A stretch of DNA of 64,000 bases from Candidatus Bathyarchaeota archaeon (GTDB lineage Archaea > Thermoproteota > Bathyarchaeia > Bathyarchaeales > Bathycorpusculaceae), in the NCBI GenBank assembly GCA_963775465.1, contig CAVZIW010000006.1:224001-288000 (forward strand), read 5' to 3'. The translations under genes were made by a program, and so were the position numbers. Of this stretch, positions 30,889 to 39,776 are shown piece after piece (position 1 is the first letter of the stretch; every line of letters begins with the position of its first letter). The notes beneath the pieces were generated by a model. It searched no databases. It was not told the DNA's origin and saw only the letters and a program-made list of their open reading frames with translations.

Positions 30889-31614
30889 TTATGAATATTT
30901 TTCTAGCAATTCTTTTACTGCTTTTAGCAACTCTGCGGGGTTATCCTTTAGCTGTTCGCTTAATCTGAAATGCGCTGGTTCCATCACTTCCGGTCGAACG
31001 ACGCGTATTTTGTCTCTAATGGTGCTTATCCGAGAAGCAAGGGTCAATTCAGGATATATTTCATCAATGACAGCAATAAGAACAGATTCTTCAGGTTGCA
31101 GGACCACTTGCGGATCAAACCAGTGAGCGGGCTCCATGACTTCGGGTCTTACGGCTATCGATGCACCGTGGGATGCAGTAGTTAATACTGGAGCAGTAAG
31201 GATTGGTTTTTTGAAGTGGGCGGGTTCCATCCAATCCGTCTTAAGTTTAAGTCTTAGTGCATCAAACCAAATTGCGTATAGACAGTATTTGCCTACAGAA
31301 GCTTTGATAGTGGTTTCTTTAATCTTGGAAAGCGCATTTTTTAGTTCACTTTCAAAGAGGGTTCCTCTAAGGTTATCGCCACCTATGATGAGGTTCGCGA
31401 CATTTCCTTTTTCACCGATTTCAACTACAATTGGAATTGTTGTCGTAACAACAAAACCAATTTTTCTTGAAACGCTATCGAAAGCATTATCGATCGCCTT
31501 TTGATATTTTTCCTTAATGACTCGATATATTGCAAGCAGATCTTCGTAATGTTTTATGATTCCAGGGTGTGCGGGTTCCATCCAATCGCGCAGTCGAAGG
31601 TTTTTCTCAGTCAA
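30889..31614 (-). CDS. MEPAH-repeat protein, putative substrate of the adjacent B12-radical SAM enzyme
   Basis: Four motifs: DWMEPAHP, DWMEPAHF, EVMEPAHW, EVMEPAHF. TTG start preceded by GGAGGTGA, which overlaps the radical SAM stop codon. Confidence 0.75.
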   Translation of the reverse strand: MTEKNLRLRDWMEPAHPGIIKHYEDLLAIYRVIKEKYQKAIDNAFDSVSRKIGFVVTTTIPIVVEIGEKGNVANLIIGGDNLRGTLFESELKNALSKIKETTIKASVGKYCLYAIWFDALRLKLKTDWMEPAHFKKPILTAPVLTTASHGASIAVRPEVMEPAHWFDPQVVLQPEESVLIAVIDEIYPELTLASRISTIRDKIRVVRPEVMEPAHFRLSEQLKDNPAELLKAVKELLEKYS

Positions 31615-31618
31615 TTTT

Positions 31619-33373
31619 TCACCTCCTTTGTTCTTCTTCTAGTTTCTTTTTGAAGAAGTTATAGGGAATCACATCTGGAGAAAGACCAATAAAATCAAGT
31701 ACACTGGCCTGAGGACCAAGTGCCTGATTTTGAAAGCTGTTTTTCATGTGATTGAATGATTGTTGTCCAGAGTTTTCTAAAATTGCATGAGCATAAATCG
31801 AGGGGACAGTTTTTTCCAGGTTATTCTTGTTTTTGTATGCCTCTTCGATCCAATCGATTATGGTTTGCCCTTGTAACCGTAGAATGCTACTTCTCATATC
31901 AATTTGCGCCCGCGTTTCTTGCGTAAAGTTGGCAATAGTTGCTTCGTCATGTTTTCCTTTAGATACGAAATCGTAGATTGTGCTTAGCCAGTGGTATGTA
32001 TCGAGATTGGTTTGTTTTATAAAATTCTTAACTTCGCTGCGTAAGGTTTCAGAAAGTAAGTCGGGGTAGAAACGTCTTAGAAGTTGGAAGTAGAAATCCA
32101 CTTGCATGTTGAAGTAATGCAACCCATAGTCGCTGAAATTGCGGTCAAAGAAGGCGTAGTTTGCTATCTGATGGAATAATTCGCATTTTGGGTCCGTTAA
32201 GCGATAGTCGAAGCCGAAATAACTTCCTAAAAGGCGGTTTTCAGCTTTTAGTTTGGCTTCTAAGCCGGTGCCTGCATAGGCTTCTGCACGGCAAAAGTTA
32301 AATGGGTTATCAAGGTGTCTTTCCATGAATCGGATATTTAGCAAAATGTCTTCCATTGAGGCGTCGGGTTCAAACATCAAGAAGTTGTAGGCTACATGGA
32401 TGTCAAAGTCGTTGAGTACCGTAAGGGCATTGAGTGTCTGCTCGATCGTTTGTATGCGATTTAAGTTTTTTAGGCCATTTGCTGAGGCATTTTCCACTCC
32501 TAAGAAGACTCTGAATAGTCCTAATTCGTCAAGTATTTTGATGGATTCGCGGTTTATGCTTTCAGGTCTAGCTTTGATGGCAATAGCGATTCCTTCTATT
32601 TTCTCTTGCTTTAACTGATCACGCAAAAGTCTGAAACGTTTAACTGTTTGTTGCTGGTTGGGAAGGAAGAAATTGTCGTCTTGAAAATTAAAAATTCGAA
32701 TGCCATGCTCAAAATAGAGTTGCTTCATCTCTGCAACTATGTTGTCGACGCTACGATAACGGAACTTCTTACCTCCACCTTGTTCATACCAAGCGTTGAT
32801 GCTGCAAAAGGCGCAGTTTCGCCAGCAACCACGGCTGCTTAGAATGCTGCTGATTTTTTTTCCAAAGTATTCGTGGAAATGCTCTCGTTTGGGGAAAGGT
32901 AAAGAATCCAAGTCCTCCTTATTGCTGCTGGCTGGATTACAAGTAATTTTGCCGTCTGTGTTTCGGTAGCATAAAGCTGAGACAAGAGAGAGGTGGTTGA
33001 GGTTTTTTGCAAGTGAAACCATTAGGTCTTCGCCTTCACCTAGTGCAACTGAGTTTATGGATGGATATTCGATGAGTAGCTGTTCGCTGTTGAAAGATGC
33101 AAAATGTCCTCCAGCAACTATATGCCCCTTATAACCTGCATCTCGAAGGCCTTGTGCTATGTTGAGAAACTCCCTGGCACGGCTGGTAAATACCATGGAT
33201 AAACCTACAATTTGAGGATTAAAGTTGAGGATGTCTTGAATTACTTTTGGCTGGTCGTAGTTTGAGTTGAAGGGAATTATTTGGGCGTGTTGCTTTTTAG
33301 CTTCAAGTGAGGAGGCTATGTAGCGTAGCCCCAGATTTTCTTCTAGTTCGGCTCCTACAAGTGCTATTTTCAT
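31619..33373 (-). CDS. cobalamin-dependent radical SAM enzyme (class B methylase-like)
   Basis: B12-binding domain (NLGLRYIASSL, VGLS, AGGHFAS, GEGE), SRGCWRNCAFC, FQDDNF and LGVEN; start moved to MKIALVG after a GGGAG SD. Confidence 0.92.
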   Translation of the reverse strand: MKIALVGAELEENLGLRYIASSLEAKKQHAQIIPFNSNYDQPKVIQDILNFNPQIVGLSMVFTSRAREFLNIAQGLRDAGYKGHIVAGGHFASFNSEQLLIEYPSINSVALGEGEDLMVSLAKNLNHLSLVSALCYRNTDGKITCNPASSNKEDLDSLPFPKREHFHEYFGKKISSILSSRGCWRNCAFCSINAWYEQGGGKKFRYRSVDNIVAEMKQLYFEHGIRIFNFQDDNFFLPNQQQTVKRFRLLRDQLKQEKIEGIAIAIKARPESINRESIKILDELGLFRVFLGVENASANGLKNLNRIQTIEQTLNALTVLNDFDIHVAYNFLMFEPDASMEDILLNIRFMERHLDNPFNFCRAEAYAGTGLEAKLKAENRLLGSYFGFDYRLTDPKCELFHQIANYAFFDRNFSDYGLHYFNMQVDFYFQLLRRFYPDLLSETLRSEVKNFIKQTNLDTYHWLSTIYDFVSKGKHDEATIANFTQETRAQIDMRSSILRLQGQTIIDWIEEAYKNKNNLEKTVPSIYAHAILENSGQQSFNHMKNSFQNQALGPQASVLDFIGLSPDVIPYNFFKKKLEEEQRR

Positions 33374-33771
33374 TTTCTTAACTCCCATAAATTCGAAAGC
33401 AGGTATCTGCCTTCTACTGACATATTTCTTGCTTCTCAAAGTTTAATGCAAGATATAGGTAACTTCAACTCACGAATCATATTTAATAATATGTGACTGT
33501 AAGGAGACTATGACAGAATTATGTTAGCATCACACAACCCCTACTCTCTCCGTTGAAATCAGCTTTTGATTAATGCTTCATCAAAAAAATGAATAAGTGA
33601 TAAGGCGTATTTTTTCACTCATTAATTATTTGTTTTGGAAGACCAACTTAAGCAGACAATCAAAGCAAAAGTCTCAGTTAAGTAAACGAAAAAACTGTAG
33701 GTTCAAAAGTAGAAATAGGAATGGAGGATAAACCTCTCACGTTTACATTTTGAGTGGCTATTAAGTGGCTA

Positions 33772-35769
33772 TTAAGGTGTTAAGGCGAAGGCTATTGTGC
33801 GTGAAGCATCGTACTGGCTTTGACGTGAAATTCCGTTGATTGCTCGCGCAGCTACGTACAGCTGAACTGCAAACGCAGCGCTTGGGCATATTCCCAGCAG
33901 GTTGGCAACGGTTTCTTTGTAGATGAAAGGGGCAAGTGAGACTGACCCTGAAGTGCTGGAGATGACGTTTGGTCCTTTGATGATTCCGAAGGAGTAGTTA
34001 GCCATGAGAGTTGGATGAGAAGCAACATAGAATATATGGACAAAATCGGTTTTATTGTTGAATTTAAGCATTCCACATTGGTTCGCGGCTACACCTGCTA
34101 CTGTTGGCATGTCAATTGAAGCAATACATTTGTTGTTGTCGACTAGAACTTTTAGAGATTGAGTATGCAAGACAACGCCAGCTGCGTTAGTAAAGTCAAT
34201 TTTTAATGTGTGCAAGCCATTAGTTAAAGATGAACTATCTAATATCATGCCTAGGTCAGTGTTCATGAAAAAGTCACCCAGCTGATGGATAGCAAAATAC
34301 CCCGATTGAGCATTTATAATGTTAGGAACAAAATGAATTGGAATTTCATATTTGCCATTAATGGTGTTGAGCTTTAGGTCCCACCAAGTATCAAATCGCA
34401 AGGCACCATCCACAAACACTCGATAGTAACGCACCCCACTCTGCCAAGATAATAGTTGATTGATTTGCAGTGACAGAACTCCGCCGAATGGGACATTCTT
34501 GGCGAATTGGTATGGGTACAATGGCTGAGTTGTTGTGTCAACTTTCCCTGCGGCGGTAACCAGATTCCATGGAATCAGCCCTATTCCTTTGAACAGCCCT
34601 GAAGTGACGAATCCGCCTAGAATATTGATAAGGTCAATTTCCTGATCAGAGCACACCAATATACGCATAGCATCAATGCAGGCGACGCTTGACGGGCGGA
34701 CTCCTACGCTGTCGGTCAGATGCCGAACACTACCGGGGTGAGGAACAGTATCCACTAAAGTTATGTGGTTTGCAGGATCACGTTCAGGCAAGATAATCGT
34801 AGTTTGAGCAGAATCAAGCCATGTGAGGAAAAACGGATTAGTCAATCCTGAAGCAATTGCCATTGGAACTCCACCTTGTAGTGAATACCTTGTTATGCGT
34901 CCGCCACCTGACTGCTCGCTTATGTAAGCATAGGCGAGATCCGAAGATACCAACAATCCAACCGCATTGTTCAAACTGTTTATAAGAACGGTTTTTTGTA
35001 GAGTATTCAAGTCTACTCTTATGAGTCGACCTGGATTTGCGTATTCAACAACGTAAGCTTGATGATGATTCTCATCAAGGAATATTTGCTGAGGTGCCAG
35101 AAACCCTGAGGTTAGCACGACAGCTGCCGATCGGTTGGCATTTGTAAGGTTCACTTTGAGCAAGTTTCCTGTTCGTTCTGTTACGTAGGCGGTCTTCTCG
35201 TCGCTGCTAACCGCGATGTCTTCTGGGTTAGTATAACCTGTTCCAATTATGTGATAAGGACTTGCAAGTTTGTAGGTAACCCACTCAATTGTCATATCGT
35301 ATCCATATTGAGCAACCCGGATTTTTGCGACGTTTCCATCTTTTGTCTGAACTGCAAAAACGTCGTTGTTTACAAGCTGATTTGAAGCGTCATTGTTGCC
35401 GATGATTGAAGTATTACCGTATGTTAAGGCTTGAAGTGCAACAGGGGTCAAAGCGGCAAAATCAATGTTTCCTAAATTCATTATACTAGCTCCGCCTGCC
35501 GGAACCATTTGTCTCTTTATACTATCAATCTGTTCCCACCAAATATCTCCAGGACCATTCAAGTTCCCGCTTAATGTCCCTGTCTCACAGTCAAACACCC
35601 ATGTTCCTTTAAGCACGGTTGTTCCTGAAGACAAAACTGAGCTAGAACGAATCAAATCCAAGAAACTAATAGTACCTTTAGAATATTCCACAAAAACTAG
35701 TTGATTCCGTTTAGAAAGAAAACGGCACCCAATAGCGGCACCTACTCCACCTAATAATTTAGTTGTCAA
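33772..35769 (-). CDS. large beta-propeller protein with inserted beta domain and C-terminal Ig-like region
   Basis: Blade repeats GYTNPEDIAVSSDEKTAYVTE, GFLAPQQIFLD..AYVVE, SLNNAVGLLVS..AYISE and GLTNPFFLTW; LTNGLHTLKIDF; no clear signal peptide. Confidence 0.78.
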   Translation of the reverse strand: MTTKLLGGVGAAIGCRFLSKRNQLVFVEYSKGTISFLDLIRSSSVLSSGTTVLKGTWVFDCETGTLSGNLNGPGDIWWEQIDSIKRQMVPAGGASIMNLGNIDFAALTPVALQALTYGNTSIIGNNDASNQLVNNDVFAVQTKDGNVAKIRVAQYGYDMTIEWVTYKLASPYHIIGTGYTNPEDIAVSSDEKTAYVTERTGNLLKVNLTNANRSAAVVLTSGFLAPQQIFLDENHHQAYVVEYANPGRLIRVDLNTLQKTVLINSLNNAVGLLVSSDLAYAYISEQSGGGRITRYSLQGGVPMAIASGLTNPFFLTWLDSAQTTIILPERDPANHITLVDTVPHPGSVRHLTDSVGVRPSSVACIDAMRILVCSDQEIDLINILGGFVTSGLFKGIGLIPWNLVTAAGKVDTTTQPLYPYQFAKNVPFGGVLSLQINQLLSWQSGVRYYRVFVDGALRFDTWWDLKLNTINGKYEIPIHFVPNIINAQSGYFAIHQLGDFFMNTDLGMILDSSSLTNGLHTLKIDFTNAAGVVLHTQSLKVLVDNNKCIASIDMPTVAGVAANQCGMLKFNNKTDFVHIFYVASHPTLMANYSFGIIKGPNVISSTSGSVSLAPFIYKETVANLLGICPSAAFAVQLYVAARAINGISRQSQYDASRTIAFALTP

Positions 35770-35781
35770 AAGTAAAGCCTC

Positions 35782-35812
35782 TAACTATCACCGTAGGTTA
35801 CGGTAATAGTTA
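35782..35812. promoter_or_regulatory. 31-bp near-perfect palindrome (operator or 5' hairpin) upstream of the beta-propeller gene
   Basis: TAACTATCACCGTA-GGT-TACGGTAATAGTTA; the single mismatch is a U-G pair on the minus strand. Confidence 0.6.
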
Positions 35813-35867
35813 AGTCTTTTTACCAATACTTCAACAAACGCATAACGCATCCACAACAAAGCAAAAG

Positions 35868-36128
35868 TTAAAGTTCGCTTTCATTTAACGGTTCAGATTT
35901 GCGTTTAAAATCTAAAGGTAGATCCCGACAAAGTTCTTTTAATACTTCTTTAGCCAAGGCGTCTTCAAGTTCCTCTCCTGCAAGCAGGATTTGATGTTTC
36001 GAAACGTTGCTTTTCTTTATTTGCCTAATGTGAAGATTAACGTGATAGTCAATTGCTTTCGTCATCGCTTTTAGATCAGGAACTAAGAGAATCCTTTCTT
36101 TGCATTTTGGACAAACTATTTCAAGCAT
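35868..36128 (-). CDS. small C2H2-like Zn-finger protein
   Basis: CPKC...ILLVPDLKAM..AIDYHVNLH. Confidence 0.65.
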   Translation of the reverse strand: MLEIVCPKCKERILLVPDLKAMTKAIDYHVNLHIRQIKKSNVSKHQILLAGEELEDALAKEVLKELCRDLPLDFKRKSEPLNESEL

Positions 36129-36227
36129 AACACGATCACGTTAGAATGAAACTTGATAATATTACTATATAGATAATGTATAGGTTTGTTGTAGGCTACA
36201 TACAGTCACAAAAAACAAAAATTCTTA

Positions 36228-36578
36228 ATGACTCTAATTACCTCTAATAATGAACAGGGGAAAATTTCTTATACTGTACCGCTTGATTATACCTTCAACC
36301 AGTTGAAAAAAATGCAACATTCAAAACTCATCAGCTACATCGATATGCTCAAAGTTTTGTTTAATACTGGTCCATTGAATAAGAATCAGTTGATTTTTGA
36401 GACAAAGCTAAAGGAAGATGAGTTAAGCGAAAAAATTGACTTACTCTTAAAGTTACAGTTGATAAAGAACAAGGTTAATAGAAAAAACGAAATACTCTTT
36501 TCTATTTCCCAAAAAGGGATTAGCGCTCTAACGTTTTTCAAAGATGTGAATCTGCTTATTCATTATAATAAAGAATAA
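36228..36578 (+). CDS. winged-helix DNA-binding protein
   Basis: YIDMLKVL..GPLNKNQLIFETKL...LLKLQLI...FSISQKGISAL; true start may be further downstream. Confidence 0.72.
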   Translation: MTLITSNNEQGKISYTVPLDYTFNQLKKMQHSKLISYIDMLKVLFNTGPLNKNQLIFETKLKEDELSEKIDLLLKLQLIKNKVNRKNEILFSISQKGISALTFFKDVNLLIHYNKE

Positions 36579-37136
36579 GAACTCCATCTAAAAACAATTC
36601 ACAGCCTAAATTTCTAGTTTGCCGCAGGTATTTCATATAGTTTAATATCAAATTGTTAGCTTAAAAGTGGACGGAGTTCGTCGTTTAACCAGGCAAAAAC
36701 AGATTGTATTTGAGGAAAGAACGGCGATCTTTCTAACGTGAGGACTAAACGGCGAAATCCGCATCACAAAATAAAGTTCAATCAATCCTTTAAACAGTTG
36801 TTGGCACTAGCACACAGCAACAAAAAGTGATGGCTTTTCTTGCAAACAAACTTGATATTTTCATTGAAGCTATTTTCTAATTGTTGCTTATCCTTGAGGA
36901 TTTTCAAAGAAAAAATATGATAACAGGCAAACCAATCGAAAACTGCATTTGTCATAACTGAAATTGCTTTAAGAACCTTTGGGAAAACTTTTAATAATTT
37001 GAGGGTTTTGGAAGTCATGGTGGTTTCTTTTCCGCTTTCTAACTTTAGCAACAAGCAACTTAAGAAAAATCATGGTTCTCTTTTGAATGCAAAGGCGACA
37101 ATTGAGCATAAACATCGAGAAAGGTCTGATCAATTA

Positions 37137-38483
37137 ATGTTTTCTCCGTTCGTTTACATATTTAACATAAATGACGATACGAAGTGTCTTTTCCATTCTT
37201 TGACGTTAAAGAAAGCATACCTAAAAAATGATGAATATATCACTGTATTAACTGATATGGCTACGGATAACCTTACCGAATCTGTAAAGAGCTTACTTAA
37301 TCTCGAATTTATTGTACCCCAAAGCTTTGATCAAGAGAGAGTTTTTTGCACATTGGCAGATAAAATGCTTAGAAAGACGCCATCTCCATTTCTATCCTAC
37401 GTTTTAGTAACGGATTACTGCAACTTTAGATGCGGCTATTGCTTCATAGAGCACTCTCTTAAAGGACCGAGCGTAAAAATGTCTAAGGAGGTAGCCGACA
37501 AAGTCATAAATGCTCTTATTACAACAGCAAAAGAAGTTAAAGAATACAAAGTTACATTTTACGGAGGTGAACCTCTTAGTAATAGCGAAATCATCTTTTA
37601 TATAATCGAAAAGCTTGAGAGGGAAGTCAAGAATAAGTTTACCTTTTCATGCGTAACGAATGGAAGCTTTGTAACAAAGGAATTAGCGAAAAAACTTAAA
37701 GAAAACAATGTTAGCGTTGGTTTATCTCTTGATGGTTGGCATGGAATTAATAGGAATCGTGTTTTTACTGAAGGAATCGAAACCTTCAATTCTACACTCC
37801 GAGCGCTAACTCTCTTGAATGAAGCTAGCGTAAATGTGGGAATATCCTGCACGATTACCAAGCAGAACTACGAATATGCGGAGGAAATAGTCGATTTCTT
37901 TCACAAATTGGGAATTAAGAGTTTAGGTTTTAACTTGCTCACCAGAATCAAGGACTCTACTCAATTCGAAGTGCCAGATCCAAAACAACTTGCTCATCAT
38001 CTCTTTAAGGCGTACTTAAAAGCAAAAGAATTGCATATGTTTGAAGATCGGATAGACAAGCGAAGGGCGAGATATTTCTTTAGAGAAATTTTCCACGTAT
38101 ATGATTGCCCGGCATTTGGTCAGCAAATATTCTTTTCTCCATCCGGAACAGTTGGACCTTGCCAAGCCTTCTACCCGTCGGGAAAATATCAAATTCCAAT
38201 TAAAGATGATTTAAAAGTTCAAGAAGAACCTCTTTTTTATAAATGGTTTGAATTGGGGACTCTAAAGAACAAAGAATGTATGAATTGCCCTGCGCTTGGA
38301 ATATGCGGTGGTGCATGCACATATGATGTCTATATTAAAACTGGTCAATTAGGCATAAAAGAAGACTATTTCTGTGCGTTTCAAAATGAAATTTTGAAAT
38401 TGTTATTGGCGTATGATTTTCTAACAAAATCACAAAATAGTTCCAAAAGAAAGAATCGGAAGCGAATACAACGCAAACTCTAA
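37137..38483 (+). CDS. radical SAM/SPASM peptide maturase with putative N-terminal RRE
   Basis: CNFRCGYC, FYGGEPL, VTNGS and SLDG; SPASM cysteines CPAFG...GPC...CMNCPALGICGGAC...YFC; start moved to MFSPF. Confidence 0.92.
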   Translation: MFSPFVYIFNINDDTKCLFHSLTLKKAYLKNDEYITVLTDMATDNLTESVKSLLNLEFIVPQSFDQERVFCTLADKMLRKTPSPFLSYVLVTDYCNFRCGYCFIEHSLKGPSVKMSKEVADKVINALITTAKEVKEYKVTFYGGEPLSNSEIIFYIIEKLEREVKNKFTFSCVTNGSFVTKELAKKLKENNVSVGLSLDGWHGINRNRVFTEGIETFNSTLRALTLLNEASVNVGISCTITKQNYEYAEEIVDFFHKLGIKSLGFNLLTRIKDSTQFEVPDPKQLAHHLFKAYLKAKELHMFEDRIDKRRARYFFREIFHVYDCPAFGQQIFFSPSGTVGPCQAFYPSGKYQIPIKDDLKVQEEPLFYKWFELGTLKNKECMNCPALGICGGACTYDVYIKTGQLGIKEDYFCAFQNEILKLLLAYDFLTKSQNSSKRKNRKRIQRKL

Positions 38484-38672
38484 CAATGCCTTCTCTAATA
38501 TTTTGCTTCTGTAATTTGTTTTGAGTGATTTCGATAAAGAGCGCTTACGTTAGCATCAGTAAAGTTATTCATAGAAGCCAATTGCAGGGTCGGCAGCCTT
38601 ATTTCTGGAGCGGGTTGTTTTAACAATAAATATAAATAACTGACATTTCATAGGTCATATTAGTGATTATTT

Positions 38673-39254
38673 TTGGCAAAAGTTAAAAAAGCTCCTAAAG
38701 CAAAATTAAAAAGACCAGCTGTTTCTCGTTCAACAAAAAAATCGGTCTCAAAAGTTTCTGCTAAAAAACTCACTGAAGCGCAAAGTAAACGTTTTCGGGT
38801 GCTTCTTTCGAGGAGTCCGTCAATTGAAAAGATTGATCCTCAAATGTATGCAAAACTGCAATCAGCCATACATGAAGCCGTTGAAAAAACGATGCCAGAA
38901 TATGTGGAATGGTTAAATCAAGCTTTCGGCGAGACTATTGTAGCAGAAGATTGCCCTCAACCAGCATGTTGGTCGTGTGGTACAGGTCCTGAACCGGCGT
39001 GTTGGTCGTGTGGTACAGGTCCCACTCCAGTTTGTGATAAGTGTGATAATGGTGACTTTACTTCGTCAATTGATAAGATCGCAAACAAGGTTTCTAAAGC
39101 GGTTATCAATGCTGCCATGAGTGCCGCGATAGGTCTTACTTTAGCTGATGCTGTTGCAAAAGAGAGTGGAATAATAGTTAGCGAGGTCCAAATGCGCAAT
39201 ATAGTTAAGAAACAACTCAAAGAAGTAGCCAATGAAATAGGAAAAGGCGCATAG
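38673..39254 (+). CDS. Cys-rich repeat protein, putative SPASM substrate/precursor
   Basis: Central CPQPACWSCGTGPEPACWSCGTGPTPVCDKCDNG flanked by helical regions, with a Lys-rich N-terminus. Confidence 0.78.
   Translation: MAKVKKAPKAKLKRPAVSRSTKKSVSKVSAKKLTEAQSKRFRVLLSRSPSIEKIDPQMYAKLQSAIHEAVEKTMPEYVEWLNQAFGETIVAEDCPQPACWSCGTGPEPACWSCGTGPTPVCDKCDNGDFTSSIDKIANKVSKAVINAAMSAAIGLTLADAVAKESGIIVSEVQMRNIVKKQLKEVANEIGKGA
38961..39026 (+). repeat. 33-bp tandem repeat encoding PACWSCGTGPx
   Basis: CCAGCATGTTGGTCGTGTGGTACAGGTCCTGAA followed by CCGGCGTGTTGGTCGTGTGGTACAGGTCCCACT. Confidence 0.9.
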
Positions 39255-39432
39255 TGCTGCTTAGAGTCAGGCAAGGCCTTTTCCCTTACCCAAATTCCGA
39301 GAATTTTATCTTTGCCCTCTTCAAAACAATAACTACGGTTACTGCTATGGTTATGGCTACGGTTCATGCTGGGCAAGATAAACACCCAGTTCTTTCTTTC
39401 TAAATACTTTTTAGCGCGCGCTTAGAAGTCAA

Positions 39433-39693
39433 ATGCTCTTAGACTTCGCAAAACTTCAAGGCTTTGAAACTGAGCAGCTAAAGAAGCTGGAAGAAGTCCT
39501 TGCTCGGAGCAAAGATATTGAAGAAGGTATATCAGAATTTCGTAAGCTGGGAGACCAGGCTCAGTCTAAAGAAACTCCAAGGCAATCGAAGCACATCATA
39601 GTAAAAGGCGATAATGAACTTCTTAAGAAACTGGAAAGTGGCTACAGTCTAGTCCAAACTTTAGATGAGGAAAAATTCTTAATGAAATTCTAA
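39433..39693 (+). pseudogene. probable C-terminal fragment of an archaeal tyrosine integrase
   Basis: The ending HIIVKGDNELLKKLESGYSLVQTLDEEKFLMK resembles a tail I recall on archaeal integrases; no catalytic domain upstream; next to a tRNA fragment. Confidence 0.45.
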
Positions 39694-39776
39694 AGGTCTG
39701 TCTAAATAAACAGAAAGTGGCATAATCACCGCTCAACTTTTTCCTTTTTTCTTTTTAGAATAAATAAAAAGAGTCA

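Noticed and set aside
33753-33774. 11-bp tandem duplication AGTGGCTATTA at the beta-propeller stop, and similarly AGCCTTCAATTT x2 at 41796-41819 at the tube gene stop
   Set aside because: Only two copies each, with no element between them; most simply explained as slippage duplications.
38961-39026. 33-bp direct repeat as a possible mini-CRISPR
   Set aside because: The units are adjacent with no spacers, are in frame within a CDS, and no cas genes are present.
38957-39385. 142-aa antisense ORF with GPVPHDQHAG repeats
   Set aside because: It is the reverse-strand reading of the PACWSCGTGP repeat; the plus-strand gene is co-oriented with the maturase.
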